A DNA stretch of 64,000 bases. Origin: an uncultured virus (IMG/VR IMGVR_UViG_3300029305_009042) (taxonomy: Duplodnaviria > Heunggongvirae > Uroviricota > Caudoviricetes). Each line of letters begins with the position of its first letter. The first letter of the stretch is position 1. The translations under genes were made by a program, and so were the position numbers. The notes under the pieces are model-generated. The model was not told the origin of the DNA, made no database searches, and saw only the letters and a program-made list of their open reading frames with translations. Below are positions 27,241 through 36,694 of the stretch, piece after piece. The DNA lies in IMG/VR virus record IMGVR_UViG_3300029305_009042. One strand, given 5' to 3'.

Positions 27241-27689
27241 TCGGTCAGTACTCCTTCCTTTGTCCAATGCAGAGGAACCACTTTCCCCAGCGAGTAGGAC
27301 GCGCTGTCCGGCAGCGTGCCCCCGAAGCCCTTCCAACGTGCGATCGCAGCGGCAAGCTGATCGTCCGCGTCATCCAGCGCGAAGATCACGAACTCCTGCT
27401 GACCGTTATACACCGGCTCTTTGTCATCCAGCCGGATCTCCGTGATCTGCAGCGTCACACGCCATGGTGGAAGCGGCGGTGCCTCCTCCCGCGTCGCAGA
27501 CATCGAGACACGGTCTTTTGGACCGCGGTATGCCGAATCCGGCGGTGCCGCCGGTCCCTCGATCCTGTCGCCGTCCTTTCGTACCAGACGTCCTGCGTCC
27601 CTGATGCGAGTAAAAATATAGGTCTCCCACATCCCGCCGACAAGATTATCCCCGTAAAACACGAGTCTGAACAGGAATTTGTCTCTCAT
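27237..27689 (-). CDS. Hypothetical protein
   Basis: Coupled ORF. Confidence 0.55.
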   Translation of the reverse strand: MRDKFLFRLVFYGDNLVGGMWETYIFTRIRDAGRLVRKDGDRIEGPAAPPDSAYRGPKDRVSMSATREEAPPLPPWRVTLQITEIRLDDKEPVYNGQQEFVIFALDDADDQLAAAIARWKGFGGTLPDSASYSLGKVVPLHWTKEGVLTE

Positions 27690-27889
27690 CAGTTATACTC
27701 CTCTGCACTCAACGGGCTGTACTCCTCGTCCAGGACGCGCAGTTCGGTGCTGAGCCAGTCTTCGGCAGACAACCCATTCCGGATCGTCTCCATTTTCCCT
27801 CTGGCGATCTCCTGTGCCTGAGCCAACGTCTCCGCGCTGATCCCTACGATCTTCGCTCTGGTTTCCACGACTTCAACAAAGTATCTCAT
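27689..27889 (-). CDS. DpnD/PcfM-like small protein
   Basis: YxVEVVETxxKIVxIxAETxxxA pattern. Confidence 0.5.
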   Translation of the reverse strand: MRYFVEVVETRAKIVGISAETLAQAQEIARGKMETIRNGLSAEDWLSTELRVLDEEYSPLSAEEYN

Positions 27890-28098
27890 CTGCTTTCCTC
27901 TCTGTATTCCTTTCTCCATATCTTACACACTAGCCTGCCGCATTCTCGCCATTTGGTAACCGCCTCTTCGACGGTTTCTCCGCAGTAAGACACATCTTCA
28001 CACTTGCAGCTAACGCGATACTTCGTTCTTCCAATACCGTCCGTCCGAACAAGTATCCATGCCTCGCAAAGCGGGCATTTATAAGACCCAGCCATCAC
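27886..28098 (-). CDS. Small Zn-ribbon protein (Lar-like)
   Basis: CPLC...CKC...EEAVTKW. Confidence 0.5.
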   Translation of the reverse strand: MMAGSYKCPLCEAWILVRTDGIGRTKYRVSCKCEDVSYCGETVEEAVTKWRECGRLVCKIWRKEYREESR

Positions 28099-28479
28099 TC
28101 ACTCCTTTTGTTCGTGCTTCTTAATAATGTCTGTAATTTTATTCAGCCGAGCCTCAAGCTCTTCCGTTTTTAACTTAAACGCGTCTGTAAGATCCTGTGC
28201 CCGTGCGCCTAGCAAGACCCGATCCGTTAGATCCGCGAAAGAATCAAACGCGAATCTCCAGCCGGCAAATGTCCAATGTTCCGGAAAATGCGCGGACACA
28301 AAGGCACACAATAACATGCCTTCCCAGCCGTAGCATTCAAACATCAGCCGCTCGTTACAGAAAGTCACGTAGTATTCCCTTTCACCGTCTCGAAAAGTAG
28401 CTCTCAGCTTATCCGGGCATTCCCCTTTCTCCAGATTCGAAAACTCGATCAGCGCGTCAAGAACGCTTCTGGTTTTCAT
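28099..28479 (-). CDS. Hypothetical protein
   Basis: RBS AAGGAGA. Confidence 0.6.
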   Translation of the reverse strand: MKTRSVLDALIEFSNLEKGECPDKLRATFRDGEREYYVTFCNERLMFECYGWEGMLLCAFVSAHFPEHWTFAGWRFAFDSFADLTDRVLLGARAQDLTDAFKLKTEELEARLNKITDIIKKHEQKE

Positions 28480-28548
28480 TCGTTATTCTCCTTTCAGCTC
28501 TCTCTCAAATACTCAAACCACACCGCGATCGCGGCCCCTGTCTCTATT

Positions 28549-29316
28549 TCATCGCTGCTCCTTCAAGTAGCGGATCCAACCCACAATACTCTCTTCCGAA
28601 AGCTCCTCACCGATCTCGGCGGACGCCTCCTCGATAGCCCAGTCCTTACCGAACCGGACCATAGCAGCATAATGCTCTTCATGCGGGACCTCGATGTCAA
28701 GGATCCTAACCGCTTTGGGGTCCGCGTACAAATTGCACAGCAGCTGCGCCATCCGCGCCGAGCTGTACATCGTGTCGCCGCAATCCCGATAACGGACTCT
28801 CTTGCAGATCTCCGCAATGCTTTCCGCCGGGACCGGTTTTGCCGTCCATACTTCAAACAGCGCGGTATCCGGGCCGAGCCAGACATACATCGGCTTCGCT
28901 TCTTCCGTAAGTCTCTCTTCCCGCGGCGTCTCAAGCTGCTCCCGGTGGAATGCCAGCTCGGATTGCCATTCCGGATCGACTTCGTAATTTCGGTCTAAGA
29001 TCTCGTAACGGGCGTCGTCTCCATATCGAAACGCATAATGTGCCGCAAGGTCTCCATAAATATCCAATTCATAGATCCCATTGTCACCGGGATCGCTCAC
29101 ACCGTACTGAACACCCAGGCTGAGTGATCCTCTGAGAAAATTTCCAACCACCTGACACAGGCGGGCAGGAAACGCGGACGGCGGCACATCCGATCCGAAA
29201 GCACCCTGCCGCTTCATCGCCTCCACGAAATTACATATTGACTCCGGTCCTCCGTTCCAATGAAGATACACCGACGCACGGGCATTCCTGAAAGTAACCA
29301 AAGCACGGTTTCCCAT
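28549..29316 (-). CDS. Hypothetical phage protein
   Basis: MGNRA...VYLHWNGG...GDNGIY motif pattern; degenerate second half-repeat (ARLCQV vs ARMAQL). Confidence 0.65.
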   Translation of the reverse strand: MGNRALVTFRNARASVYLHWNGGPESICNFVEAMKRQGAFGSDVPPSAFPARLCQVVGNFLRGSLSLGVQYGVSDPGDNGIYELDIYGDLAAHYAFRYGDDARYEILDRNYEVDPEWQSELAFHREQLETPREERLTEEAKPMYVWLGPDTALFEVWTAKPVPAESIAEICKRVRYRDCGDTMYSSARMAQLLCNLYADPKAVRILDIEVPHEEHYAAMVRFGKDWAIEEASAEIGEELSEESIVGWIRYLKEQR

Positions 29317-29393
29317 GATAAACTCCTTCTCTAAAAATGTTTGAATAAAAAGCGAAGCAGGACCTTCCGTCCTGCCTCACTCTTCTACAATTC

Positions 29394-29960
29394 TCAAGCT
29401 CTTTGTTTTTCTTCCCACAGCTCCCGCATAGCAGCTTCCCATTCCGGGATGTCGCTGGGATTCATAGGACAAGTAAGCAGCTCCTCGAGTGTATCCACAT
29501 ACTTGAACAACTCCTCGAATATACAATCCAGTCGCATGACCACACCAGCGTCATACTCACCGTCCGGATACTGCGCGAGCCAGCCGTGCCTGTCAAACGT
29601 TAGCTCCGCTCCGCACTCTTCGGAGACGTCGACAGGCTCGCAATGTTCCTCATAGAGCTGCCGTCCGGTCTTCTTCATGTCTTCCTCCGTCCAGGGAGAC
29701 AGCCAGAAACCGGTACTGGAACGTTCATGTACGAAAACTCTCTTAGTCCTCATCCTGTCCTCATCCTCTTCCTCCTCATATTCTTCTACCAGGTCGCAGG
29801 AATACACATCTTCATCCCGTGTACTGTCTCCGACGACATCGTAGTCCCACTCTTCCCATGCCTTGCGGATCGCCTCTTCTTCTGTCTCCGCCGCGACCTC
29901 GTAGGTACGCTGCATTTGTTCACATCTTGTCCAGCGGATCTCAACTTCAAATTTTTTCAT
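29394..29960 (-). CDS. Hypothetical acidic protein
   Basis: N-terminal YEVAAETEEEA domain. Confidence 0.6.
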   Translation of the reverse strand: MKKFEVEIRWTRCEQMQRTYEVAAETEEEAIRKAWEEWDYDVVGDSTRDEDVYSCDLVEEYEEEEDEDRMRTKRVFVHERSSTGFWLSPWTEEDMKKTGRQLYEEHCEPVDVSEECGAELTFDRHGWLAQYPDGEYDAGVVMRLDCIFEELFKYVDTLEELLTCPMNPSDIPEWEAAMRELWEEKQRA

Positions 29961-30496
29961 GGCTCCACCTCATATATCTGAGTTACGTCATAATCCATCA
30001 GCCGACCGTCCTGCGGCTCTTCCTCTGTGTTATCCCAGAGATCATACGCCAGCCTTTCGGCTTCTTCCCGGGTATACGCCTCGACATCGTATTCCTCCTC
30101 TTTGTACTGCACGATCTTCCAATTGACTTTCACCCGGAACCTTCTCTTCGGTATCAAACCCTTCTCCTTGAGGATCTCCCACATAGCCTTGTCCCAGTGA
30201 AGCGGCCCCTGGAAGTCATCCTTCAGGATGTCCTCAGCACTTCGGCCTTCCCGAAGGAGCTGCTCCGCCAGCTCCCGAAACGTACAGACATACGCCCTGT
30301 AACACGGCTTGCCGATCACGTACCAGCCGTAGTCTGTGAACCGGAAGCCGGGAAGATTCCGGGGACCGTCTCCATCAGGATACACCTCCTGATAGAGCTC
30401 TTCAGAGGTCAGCTCATCATCCGATTCTCGCCACGCGTTCACCCAGTGGCTTTCCCCGTCCACAACGTACATCAATTTCTGGTCCGCGTAACTCAT
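29957..30496 (-). CDS. Hypothetical protein
   Basis: C-terminal YDVEAYTREEA domain. Confidence 0.6.
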   Translation of the reverse strand: MSYADQKLMYVVDGESHWVNAWRESDDELTSEELYQEVYPDGDGPRNLPGFRFTDYGWYVIGKPCYRAYVCTFRELAEQLLREGRSAEDILKDDFQGPLHWDKAMWEILKEKGLIPKRRFRVKVNWKIVQYKEEEYDVEAYTREEAERLAYDLWDNTEEEPQDGRLMDYDVTQIYEVEP

Positions 30497-31005
30497 CGCA
30501 ACTTATTCCTTTCTTCAAGAGACAACGGGTTTTCACCATGCTTGATACAAACCACATTCAAGACCGTCTCAATGTGGTTCTGGTGAAACACAGCATCCCG
30601 CATGTAATCCTCACCGTTTACCGTGACACCCACACGATACAGTCTGTCATTCAGACCGTGTGTGAAGAACGCCAGATCCGCTTCCAGCAGTCCGCGGATA
30701 TAGCACAGCGCGTTATCGTTGTCATATCCGCGCTTTTTAAGCGTCTCCTTCGTAACACACGCTTCTCCGCAGAACGTACTTTCTGCAGCGCAGGCATCCT
30801 CAAAGACGCTCAACACCTTTTCCCCGTCCACCTCAAACAGATAGACAGGCGTCCGGAAGATCACTTCCGCTTCCGGATCCAGCGTATCCGACGGCAGATC
30901 CTCCCGATCCGAGAGGAACGTACACAGCCGGTACTCCCTATGCAGTTCCGGACGGTCCGTCTTTTCCACTTCAATATGAAGTGATGGTCTTTCGATAATG
31001 ATCAT
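30493..31005 (-). CDS. Hypothetical protein
   Basis: ATGA-coupled ORF. Confidence 0.6.
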   Translation of the reverse strand: MIIIERPSLHIEVEKTDRPELHREYRLCTFLSDREDLPSDTLDPEAEVIFRTPVYLFEVDGEKVLSVFEDACAAESTFCGEACVTKETLKKRGYDNDNALCYIRGLLEADLAFFTHGLNDRLYRVGVTVNGEDYMRDAVFHQNHIETVLNVVCIKHGENPLSLEERNKLR

Positions 31006-31607
31006 TCCGGATCCTCCTCAATTCTTCTGTCACTGAACGTGTCATTGTAAACAACAGCCCATTCCGTATCGCAGGAACTGGTGTGACGAGCATACTCATC
31101 AAAAGGAAGGACCCTGTAAAGTTCCGATTTGATAAAATCTTCCATTATCTCCGGCTCATCCCCAAGGAGCGTACTCAAAATGAACCACGGACGCCATCCC
31201 GTACCGAAATTGCGAAAGAACCGCCAGACGCGAAAGCCGTCGCATGTGTACTGCTCCTTCTGAAGTCCTTCCCACGCAGCTTTCGTCCAGTCCTCGGAGT
31301 CGCGAAAGCTGTCGATGCTCACACGCAGCTTCTTCAATTCCGTCAGCGTTGCGCACCGGACCGTACACATGCCTCCTGCACCGTCATTCATTCGGCACAG
31401 GTCAGGCCTGTATCCGTCCCAGAACTGCTTTTCTTCTTCCCAGCGCTCTCCACAGATCTCTTTCGCGCAATCCCAAGCTGTCTTCCCCTCCGGAAGATCC
31501 CGCAACTCGTGATCACCGTTATCATCGTAAAACAGAAACCTGTGTTCTCCTGCCGCTAACATCAGTGCACGTTTGGTATACTTTTCCAGTACTGCCGTAA
31601 AAGCCAT
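31002..31607 (-). CDS. Hypothetical protein
   Basis: RBS AAGGAGA. Confidence 0.6.
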   Translation of the reverse strand: MAFTAVLEKYTKRALMLAAGEHRFLFYDDNGDHELRDLPEGKTAWDCAKEICGERWEEEKQFWDGYRPDLCRMNDGAGGMCTVRCATLTELKKLRVSIDSFRDSEDWTKAAWEGLQKEQYTCDGFRVWRFFRNFGTGWRPWFILSTLLGDEPEIMEDFIKSELYRVLPFDEYARHTSSCDTEWAVVYNDTFSDRRIEEDPE

Positions 31608-31621
31608 CTCTTTCTCCTTAT

Positions 31622-31650
31622 AAACAAAACCGGCGGAGCCTCTCGACCCC
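31622..31650. repeat. Intergenic module D, copy 1 (copy 2 at 32699-32727)
   Basis: 29 bp with 2 mismatches; the copies flank an LRR gene. Confidence 0.75.
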
Positions 31651-31670
31651 GCCCAACAACTTAATTCTGT

Positions 31671-32684
31671 TTAATCACGATACTCTACGATACAGTTCTC
31701 CGGAAACGCATTCGGATGACAGTACGTGTTTTTACTCACGCTGACACGCCGAAGTCCATCGAATGCCGCGTCGCCGATGTACACTACCGAATCCGGAAGT
31801 GACGTCTCTTTCAGTTTTATGTCTAAGAAAGCCGCTTCTTCGATGACCCTTAGCGTCGAGGGCCACTGCACGGTCTCAACTCCCGAACCGGAAAAAGCAT
31901 ACGGCCCGATAGACTCCAGCCCCTCTGGAAGTACCAGCCTATGCAGCCGCTGGCAGCCAGCAAAGGCATAGTCCCGGATATGCCGCACACCCTCCTGCAG
32001 ATCCAGAGAGGAGAGCCAAATGCACTCCTCACACATGCTGCTTGGTATCTCTTCCACAGAAACCGTCAAAGATGCGATCGTCGCGCCTTTGAATGCCGCC
32101 CGCTGGATCGTCTTCACAGTGTCCGGAACGACATACGCGTCTACTGTACAGCGGTGTCCCGAACAAAGGACCTCGCCGTCCCGCAGCAGGCGGACACCTG
32201 CATTCTCCTCAGCACGATACACTTTAACGTGGTCGTCGAAGGCACAAGGTGAAATGTATGCTTCAGGGAACGCACTTTCAAACTCCTTGAGGCCCGTACA
32301 GCCGTCAAATGCAAAAGACTCGATCGCTTCCACTTCTGGACGGTCTACTTTTTCGAGAGAAAAACAACACACGAAAGCATCAACCAGAATATGTCTCACT
32401 CCTGTGAAGTCGAACTCCCGCAGTGAGCCGCAATGCCTGAAACATGCCGGCGGAATACATTCTGTGTGCAGTTTCACTTTCTCAAGAGAAGTGCAGTTCT
32501 CAAACGCTCTCTTCCCCAGTGTTACCCACTTGCTGTAACAGGTAACTTCCCGAAGAGATCCCAGCTCCCGAAAGGCATCATCCTCGATCTTTTTGACATC
32601 GTAGCCAAGTTCGACCACCTCAACGTCTTTGTCTATAATGTCCTTTTCACAAATAACCTTTTTATCCAGATACAGTTTTGACAT
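31671..32684 (-). CDS. BspA-type LRR protein
   Basis: LVLPEGLESIGPYAFSG-type repeats. Confidence 0.88.
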   Translation of the reverse strand: MSKLYLDKKVICEKDIIDKDVEVVELGYDVKKIEDDAFRELGSLREVTCYSKWVTLGKRAFENCTSLEKVKLHTECIPPACFRHCGSLREFDFTGVRHILVDAFVCCFSLEKVDRPEVEAIESFAFDGCTGLKEFESAFPEAYISPCAFDDHVKVYRAEENAGVRLLRDGEVLCSGHRCTVDAYVVPDTVKTIQRAAFKGATIASLTVSVEEIPSSMCEECIWLSSLDLQEGVRHIRDYAFAGCQRLHRLVLPEGLESIGPYAFSGSGVETVQWPSTLRVIEEAAFLDIKLKETSLPDSVVYIGDAAFDGLRRVSVSKNTYCHPNAFPENCIVEYRD

Positions 32685-32741
32685 ACTTTTCCTCCTCAAA
32701 ACAAAACAGGCGGAGCCTTTCGACCCCTCCGGAAATCACGA

Positions 32742-33398
32742 TTATTTATTAATAACAGGATACGAGTAACTGTCCTTAAACAGCTGCTCCCGTTCATCCC
32801 GTGTCAGAACATTCGGCATCGTCACCTCTTCCAGACTGAAACAGCCGTCAAAGGTGTTCAACGGAATACTTTCCAAACGCGGAGGCAGGATCACATCCCG
32901 CAGCCGAGAACAGTTCTGGAACATACGCTCCCCCATCCGGGCAGCCATACTGCTTCCAAGAGAAACATCCTCCAGCTTTTCGCAATCCTGAAAAACACCG
33001 TCTCCGAGCCTGAGCAGCGGACCTGGATTATGGAACTTCTCCAGCCAGTAGTTTCCCTTGAACGCACCCTTCCCTAGGGCACCTACACCTCCTCCGAAAG
33101 TCACTTTTTCAACATTCGTATTTTCAAAGGCAAACGCTCCGATCGAATAAACGGTCCTGTCGAAACAAAGCTCCTCCAGAGTCGAACCGTAAAAGGCACA
33201 CTCCTCAATAAATTCGACCCCCTCCTTGAAATGAACCCTTGGGCAGGTACAGCCCGCAAACGCCGATTCTCCAATGCGTTTCACTTCCGAGTGAAACACG
33301 ATCTCCTGGATGTCGCGCCATCCTGCAAACTGTTTGTCCCGGATCGTATCACAGTAAACATTCAGAACACTGTCTTTTAATACCAAATGCTGTTTCAT
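32742..33398 (-). CDS. BspA-type LRR protein
   Basis: VKRIGESAFAGC and VILPPRLESIPLNTFDGC repeats. Confidence 0.85.
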   Translation of the reverse strand: MKQHLVLKDSVLNVYCDTIRDKQFAGWRDIQEIVFHSEVKRIGESAFAGCTCPRVHFKEGVEFIEECAFYGSTLEELCFDRTVYSIGAFAFENTNVEKVTFGGGVGALGKGAFKGNYWLEKFHNPGPLLRLGDGVFQDCEKLEDVSLGSSMAARMGERMFQNCSRLRDVILPPRLESIPLNTFDGCFSLEEVTMPNVLTRDEREQLFKDSYSYPVINK

Positions 33399-34363
33399 TT
33401 CTTATTTTCTCCTGAGCTCCTGACTCTACACCCCGCGATCAAAAGCCGCCGCATCGTATCCGAATCCATCGGCGCATAACACAGGGTATCGCTATGAAAC
33501 GAATCCTCTTCCACTTCCACTCCCTCGCCGAGATGCACGTACGCGAAGTGGGAAGAGTAAAACGCCTGCTTCCCGATACTCCGTACCGAGTTCGGGAGTT
33601 CAATGGACCAGAAGTCATTTCCATAGAACGCTTCCTCTCCGATGGTTTCAATACCGCCCCAGGAAAGGACCGAGTGCAGCTGGCGGCATCCGTCAAACGC
33701 ATGTTCCCGAATATGCCGCAGCGAGTACGGAAACATCACCGTACGCAAATTGCCGCACCTCCGAAATGCCGACATCTCGATACTTTCATACCCTTCCGGA
33801 ATGATAAGTACATCAACCGAGAAATCTCCCTGAAGCAATCCGGGACCCACGCGCCTGAACCCCTCCGGCAGATATAAAACGCCCCCGGTCAGCCGCTGGC
33901 AAAGATCCGGCTCCGTCAGCGTGTCGGAGTTCCGCAGCGTATCCAGACTCACAGCAGCCTCATCTGCCGCTCCGCGGGTGTCTTCCAGAAAATCTTCCGG
34001 AGCCGGGTAACGATCCCAGATCTCCCGGTACGCGACCGCGAACTCCGTCGGCGTGCAAAGCCACCCGTAATAGTACCAGATGTCACCACGCCCGTTTCCG
34101 CCGAAAAATGCAAAGTAGTTACGTTTCAGTTCAAGAGAATATTCTTCCGTCACGCGGCGGTACGCCGCGTTCTCCGGACAGAATGCAGTCAAGTCTCCTT
34201 CCGCGGTACTGAAAGCCTGCAGGCGTTCCGCCTCAGCCCGCAGGTCACGCGGCAGAAGAAACCGATAGCCGAAGATCTCCTGCATGTCCTTTTCCGCCAT
34301 TTCTGCCGGAAGACATCTAAGTCCAATTTCCGAATCTTTCAGAAAATAGTATTTCTTTTCCAT
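33395..34363 (-). CDS. Protein with unknown N-terminal domain and C-terminal BspA-type LRRs
   Basis: IELPNSVRSIGKQAFY repeats in the C-terminal half. Confidence 0.8.
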   Translation of the reverse strand: MEKKYYFLKDSEIGLRCLPAEMAEKDMQEIFGYRFLLPRDLRAEAERLQAFSTAEGDLTAFCPENAAYRRVTEEYSLELKRNYFAFFGGNGRGDIWYYYGWLCTPTEFAVAYREIWDRYPAPEDFLEDTRGAADEAAVSLDTLRNSDTLTEPDLCQRLTGGVLYLPEGFRRVGPGLLQGDFSVDVLIIPEGYESIEMSAFRRCGNLRTVMFPYSLRHIREHAFDGCRQLHSVLSWGGIETIGEEAFYGNDFWSIELPNSVRSIGKQAFYSSHFAYVHLGEGVEVEEDSFHSDTLCYAPMDSDTMRRLLIAGCRVRSSGENKK

Positions 34364-34415
34364 TTCTTTCTCCACAAAAGCAGACCTCCCGAACCGCTCC
34401 GGCTCGAAAAGTCTT

Positions 34416-34489
34416 CTTATTAAAGGAAACGCTCAAAACGTTTAATAAGAATTTCCTTATTAAAGGAAAGACTCAAAACTTTTAATAAA
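34416..34489. repeat. Tandem pair of 34-bp inverted-repeat units
   Basis: CTTATTAAA-N16-TTTAATAAR twice, 40-bp period. Confidence 0.85.
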
Positions 34490-34490
34490 G

Positions 34491-35054
34491 TCACGCCTTT
34501 TCCAGGTCGTACCAGTATTTTTCTTCCAGAAGATCTCCCAGAAAGTTCTTTACGAAAACATTATCCGCGACCGCATCGAATTTTGGACCCTGAATATAAT
34601 CCGACATGGCTCTTCGAACCACATCGATGACCGAGTCGGATCCGATATAAGGCAGGATCAGACAGATAGCCTCGACTTCTGCGACCCGCCACGCAACGTA
34701 CTTTTCGATCTCCGTCTCTGCATCAAAAAACGCATAGAGACGGTCCTGTATCGAATGGACCACAGGAAGCAGACACGTAACGGCACTGTCTCCAGCTTTC
34801 CTGATACACTCCCGGCGCAGCCGATAATAGCCTTCGAGGTCGGACTCGCCCGTATTCCATTCATGGACCGTCGGACTATAGTGCCTTCCGCAGACTTCGC
34901 GTCCGCATGCCGTGCACCTCAGCCGAAACGTCGGATCAGGACAGCCAAAATCCGCGTCGCCTCGAAGAATGTCTTTCTCCCAATGAACCGGGTCGTAACC
35001 GGAACATTCATAATAAACCGACCCGCCGCATCCGCAGTTTTTGATCCGGCACAT
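34491..35054 (-). CDS. Zn-binding hypothetical protein
   Basis: CGCGG and CTACG motifs. Confidence 0.55.
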   Translation of the reverse strand: MCRIKNCGCGGSVYYECSGYDPVHWEKDILRGDADFGCPDPTFRLRCTACGREVCGRHYSPTVHEWNTGESDLEGYYRLRRECIRKAGDSAVTCLLPVVHSIQDRLYAFFDAETEIEKYVAWRVAEVEAICLILPYIGSDSVIDVVRRAMSDYIQGPKFDAVADNVFVKNFLGDLLEEKYWYDLEKA

Positions 35055-35062
35055 AACTCCCC

Positions 35063-35593
35063 CTAAAACTCGTCGATGATCCAGTCCGAATGCTGCTTCG
35101 CCAGCTCCCGCATACGGTCGCAGGCATACGTCCCCTTCACCACGTGAAAGACCACATCCCGGCACATGTCAAAAGCAGACTCATGAATGTATTTCAGAGA
35201 TACAGGAAGATGCACACACCCGCTTTTGATCCCGTTTCGAAATGCCAGAGCACAGAGCATCTGGACACCTTCCTCAAAGCGGGCCATACGAAGTTTCACA
35301 TCCCCGAAGGCATTTGTATGAACACACCTCAGTGTGTATGGAAACGTAACAGCGGTCAGACTGGAACAGCCCTGAAAAGCATCCGCGCCGATCGAGATCA
35401 GACCAGGCTGAAACAGGATCTCGCGCAGCTGCTTACAGTCCTGAAATTCCTGACTTCCGATAAAACAGGGACCTGCATCCGACAGGTATGCCAGTGCCGT
35501 GATGTCCCCGCCCCGATACTCGCCGGATGTCTGTTCCGGTGTAATGATTCCGTACTTTTCTTCCCCGATCCACGTAAATCCTGCGATTTTCAT
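35063..35593 (-). CDS. BspA-type LRR protein
   Basis: IGADAFQGCSSLTAVTFP repeats. Confidence 0.82.
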   Translation of the reverse strand: MKIAGFTWIGEEKYGIITPEQTSGEYRGGDITALAYLSDAGPCFIGSQEFQDCKQLREILFQPGLISIGADAFQGCSSLTAVTFPYTLRCVHTNAFGDVKLRMARFEEGVQMLCALAFRNGIKSGCVHLPVSLKYIHESAFDMCRDVVFHVVKGTYACDRMRELAKQHSDWIIDEF

Positions 35594-35647
35594 GTCGTCT
35601 CTCCACCAAAAAAACCGCACAGCTCTTCACTGCGCGGCGATCCAAAT

Positions 35648-36070
35648 TCAACCTGTAGACCCGAATCCTCCCCTGTCCGGAGAGTCCAGTTCACCCAGCA
35701 CGATCTCGGCATCCGGCTGTACCGCCTGAATACGAAACTGCGCCACCCTCTCACCTGCTTTCACAACCCCGTCACGGACCGCATGACACTGAAAGTGCCA
35801 CTGATCCCCGGGACCACAAAACGCAGGATCGATCACTCCAAAGGCGTTTGCCTGCAAAAGACCGTACTTTTTATAAGTACTGGATCTCGCTACCAGACAG
35901 GCTTCATACCCATCCGGCAGCCTGCACGCAAACCCCAGCGGGATCATGACCCGTTCTCCCGCTTTATACTCAATGTCTTTACCGGCACTGACATCGTACC
36001 ACGCTCCGCCTGGAGCTTTCTCGGGAACCTTGCCGTCCCCGATCAACTGAATTTTGATCTGCATAAGCAT
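35648..36070 (-). CDS. dut: Trimeric dUTPase
   Basis: ARSS, GVID, GERVAQ and RGGFGSTG motifs. Confidence 0.93.
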   Translation of the reverse strand: MLMQIKIQLIGDGKVPEKAPGGAWYDVSAGKDIEYKAGERVMIPLGFACRLPDGYEACLVARSSTYKKYGLLQANAFGVIDPAFCGPGDQWHFQCHAVRDGVVKAGERVAQFRIQAVQPDAEIVLGELDSPDRGGFGSTG

Positions 36071-36117
36071 ACCTCCTATGAAAGTATACTATGCAGTCTG
36101 TACGCCGCGTCAAGTTC

Positions 36118-36687
36118 TTAACACGCAGCGAGCAGCTCTTTCAGCTGCTCTCTTGGGTTCCCGTACCAGTCAAACGTAAGCTGCGGGTCGTGATACAGGT
36201 CCAGCACGTAGTCCTTCCATTCTTCACCCAGAAATCCACAGCAGGAGTCGTAAACGTCGCCGTCTTTATAGGCGATGACACGATACACCTCACCGCGTAT
36301 GTATGTGTCCAGGATGTCGATCTCCCCTTCGAGATACGTCTTAAGTTTCTCTTTACGTTCCGGCGTGATCTCATCCCAGCCGAGGATTTCCCGGCACCGC
36401 TCCTTCGTCGCACGGATGACGCCCCACTGCCCGGAGTCCCACGGGCAGCCAAACGGAGCCGTACTGATCGTCGCTCCGCTGTGAACGTAGAGATAGACCG
36501 GCAGAGTCAGGACGACCTTTTCGCCTTCCGGCACCCGTTCATTATATCCGCCGACATAGCGGCTTTCGTGGGTGATCAGGTACCCGATGTTATCCCAGCT
36601 TCGGGGGCTCTCAGACCACTGATCGTAATCCACTTCAAACCGCCAGTTTCGGAATTCGATTTCATGTTCGTGTTCGTGTTTCATCAT
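36118..36687 (-). CDS. Hypothetical phage protein
   Basis: SPRSWDN...YLYVHSG...WDSGQWG...SCCGF. Confidence 0.65.
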   Translation of the reverse strand: MMKHEHEHEIEFRNWRFEVDYDQWSESPRSWDNIGYLITHESRYVGGYNERVPEGEKVVLTLPVYLYVHSGATISTAPFGCPWDSGQWGVIRATKERCREILGWDEITPERKEKLKTYLEGEIDILDTYIRGEVYRVIAYKDGDVYDSCCGFLGEEWKDYVLDLYHDPQLTFDWYGNPREQLKELLAAC

Positions 36688-36694
36688 TCTCTCC

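Noticed and set aside
14204..35593. Diversity-generating retroelement acting on the LRR genes
   Set aside because: No reverse transcriptase in the window, and I saw no template/variable repeat pair differing only at adenines.
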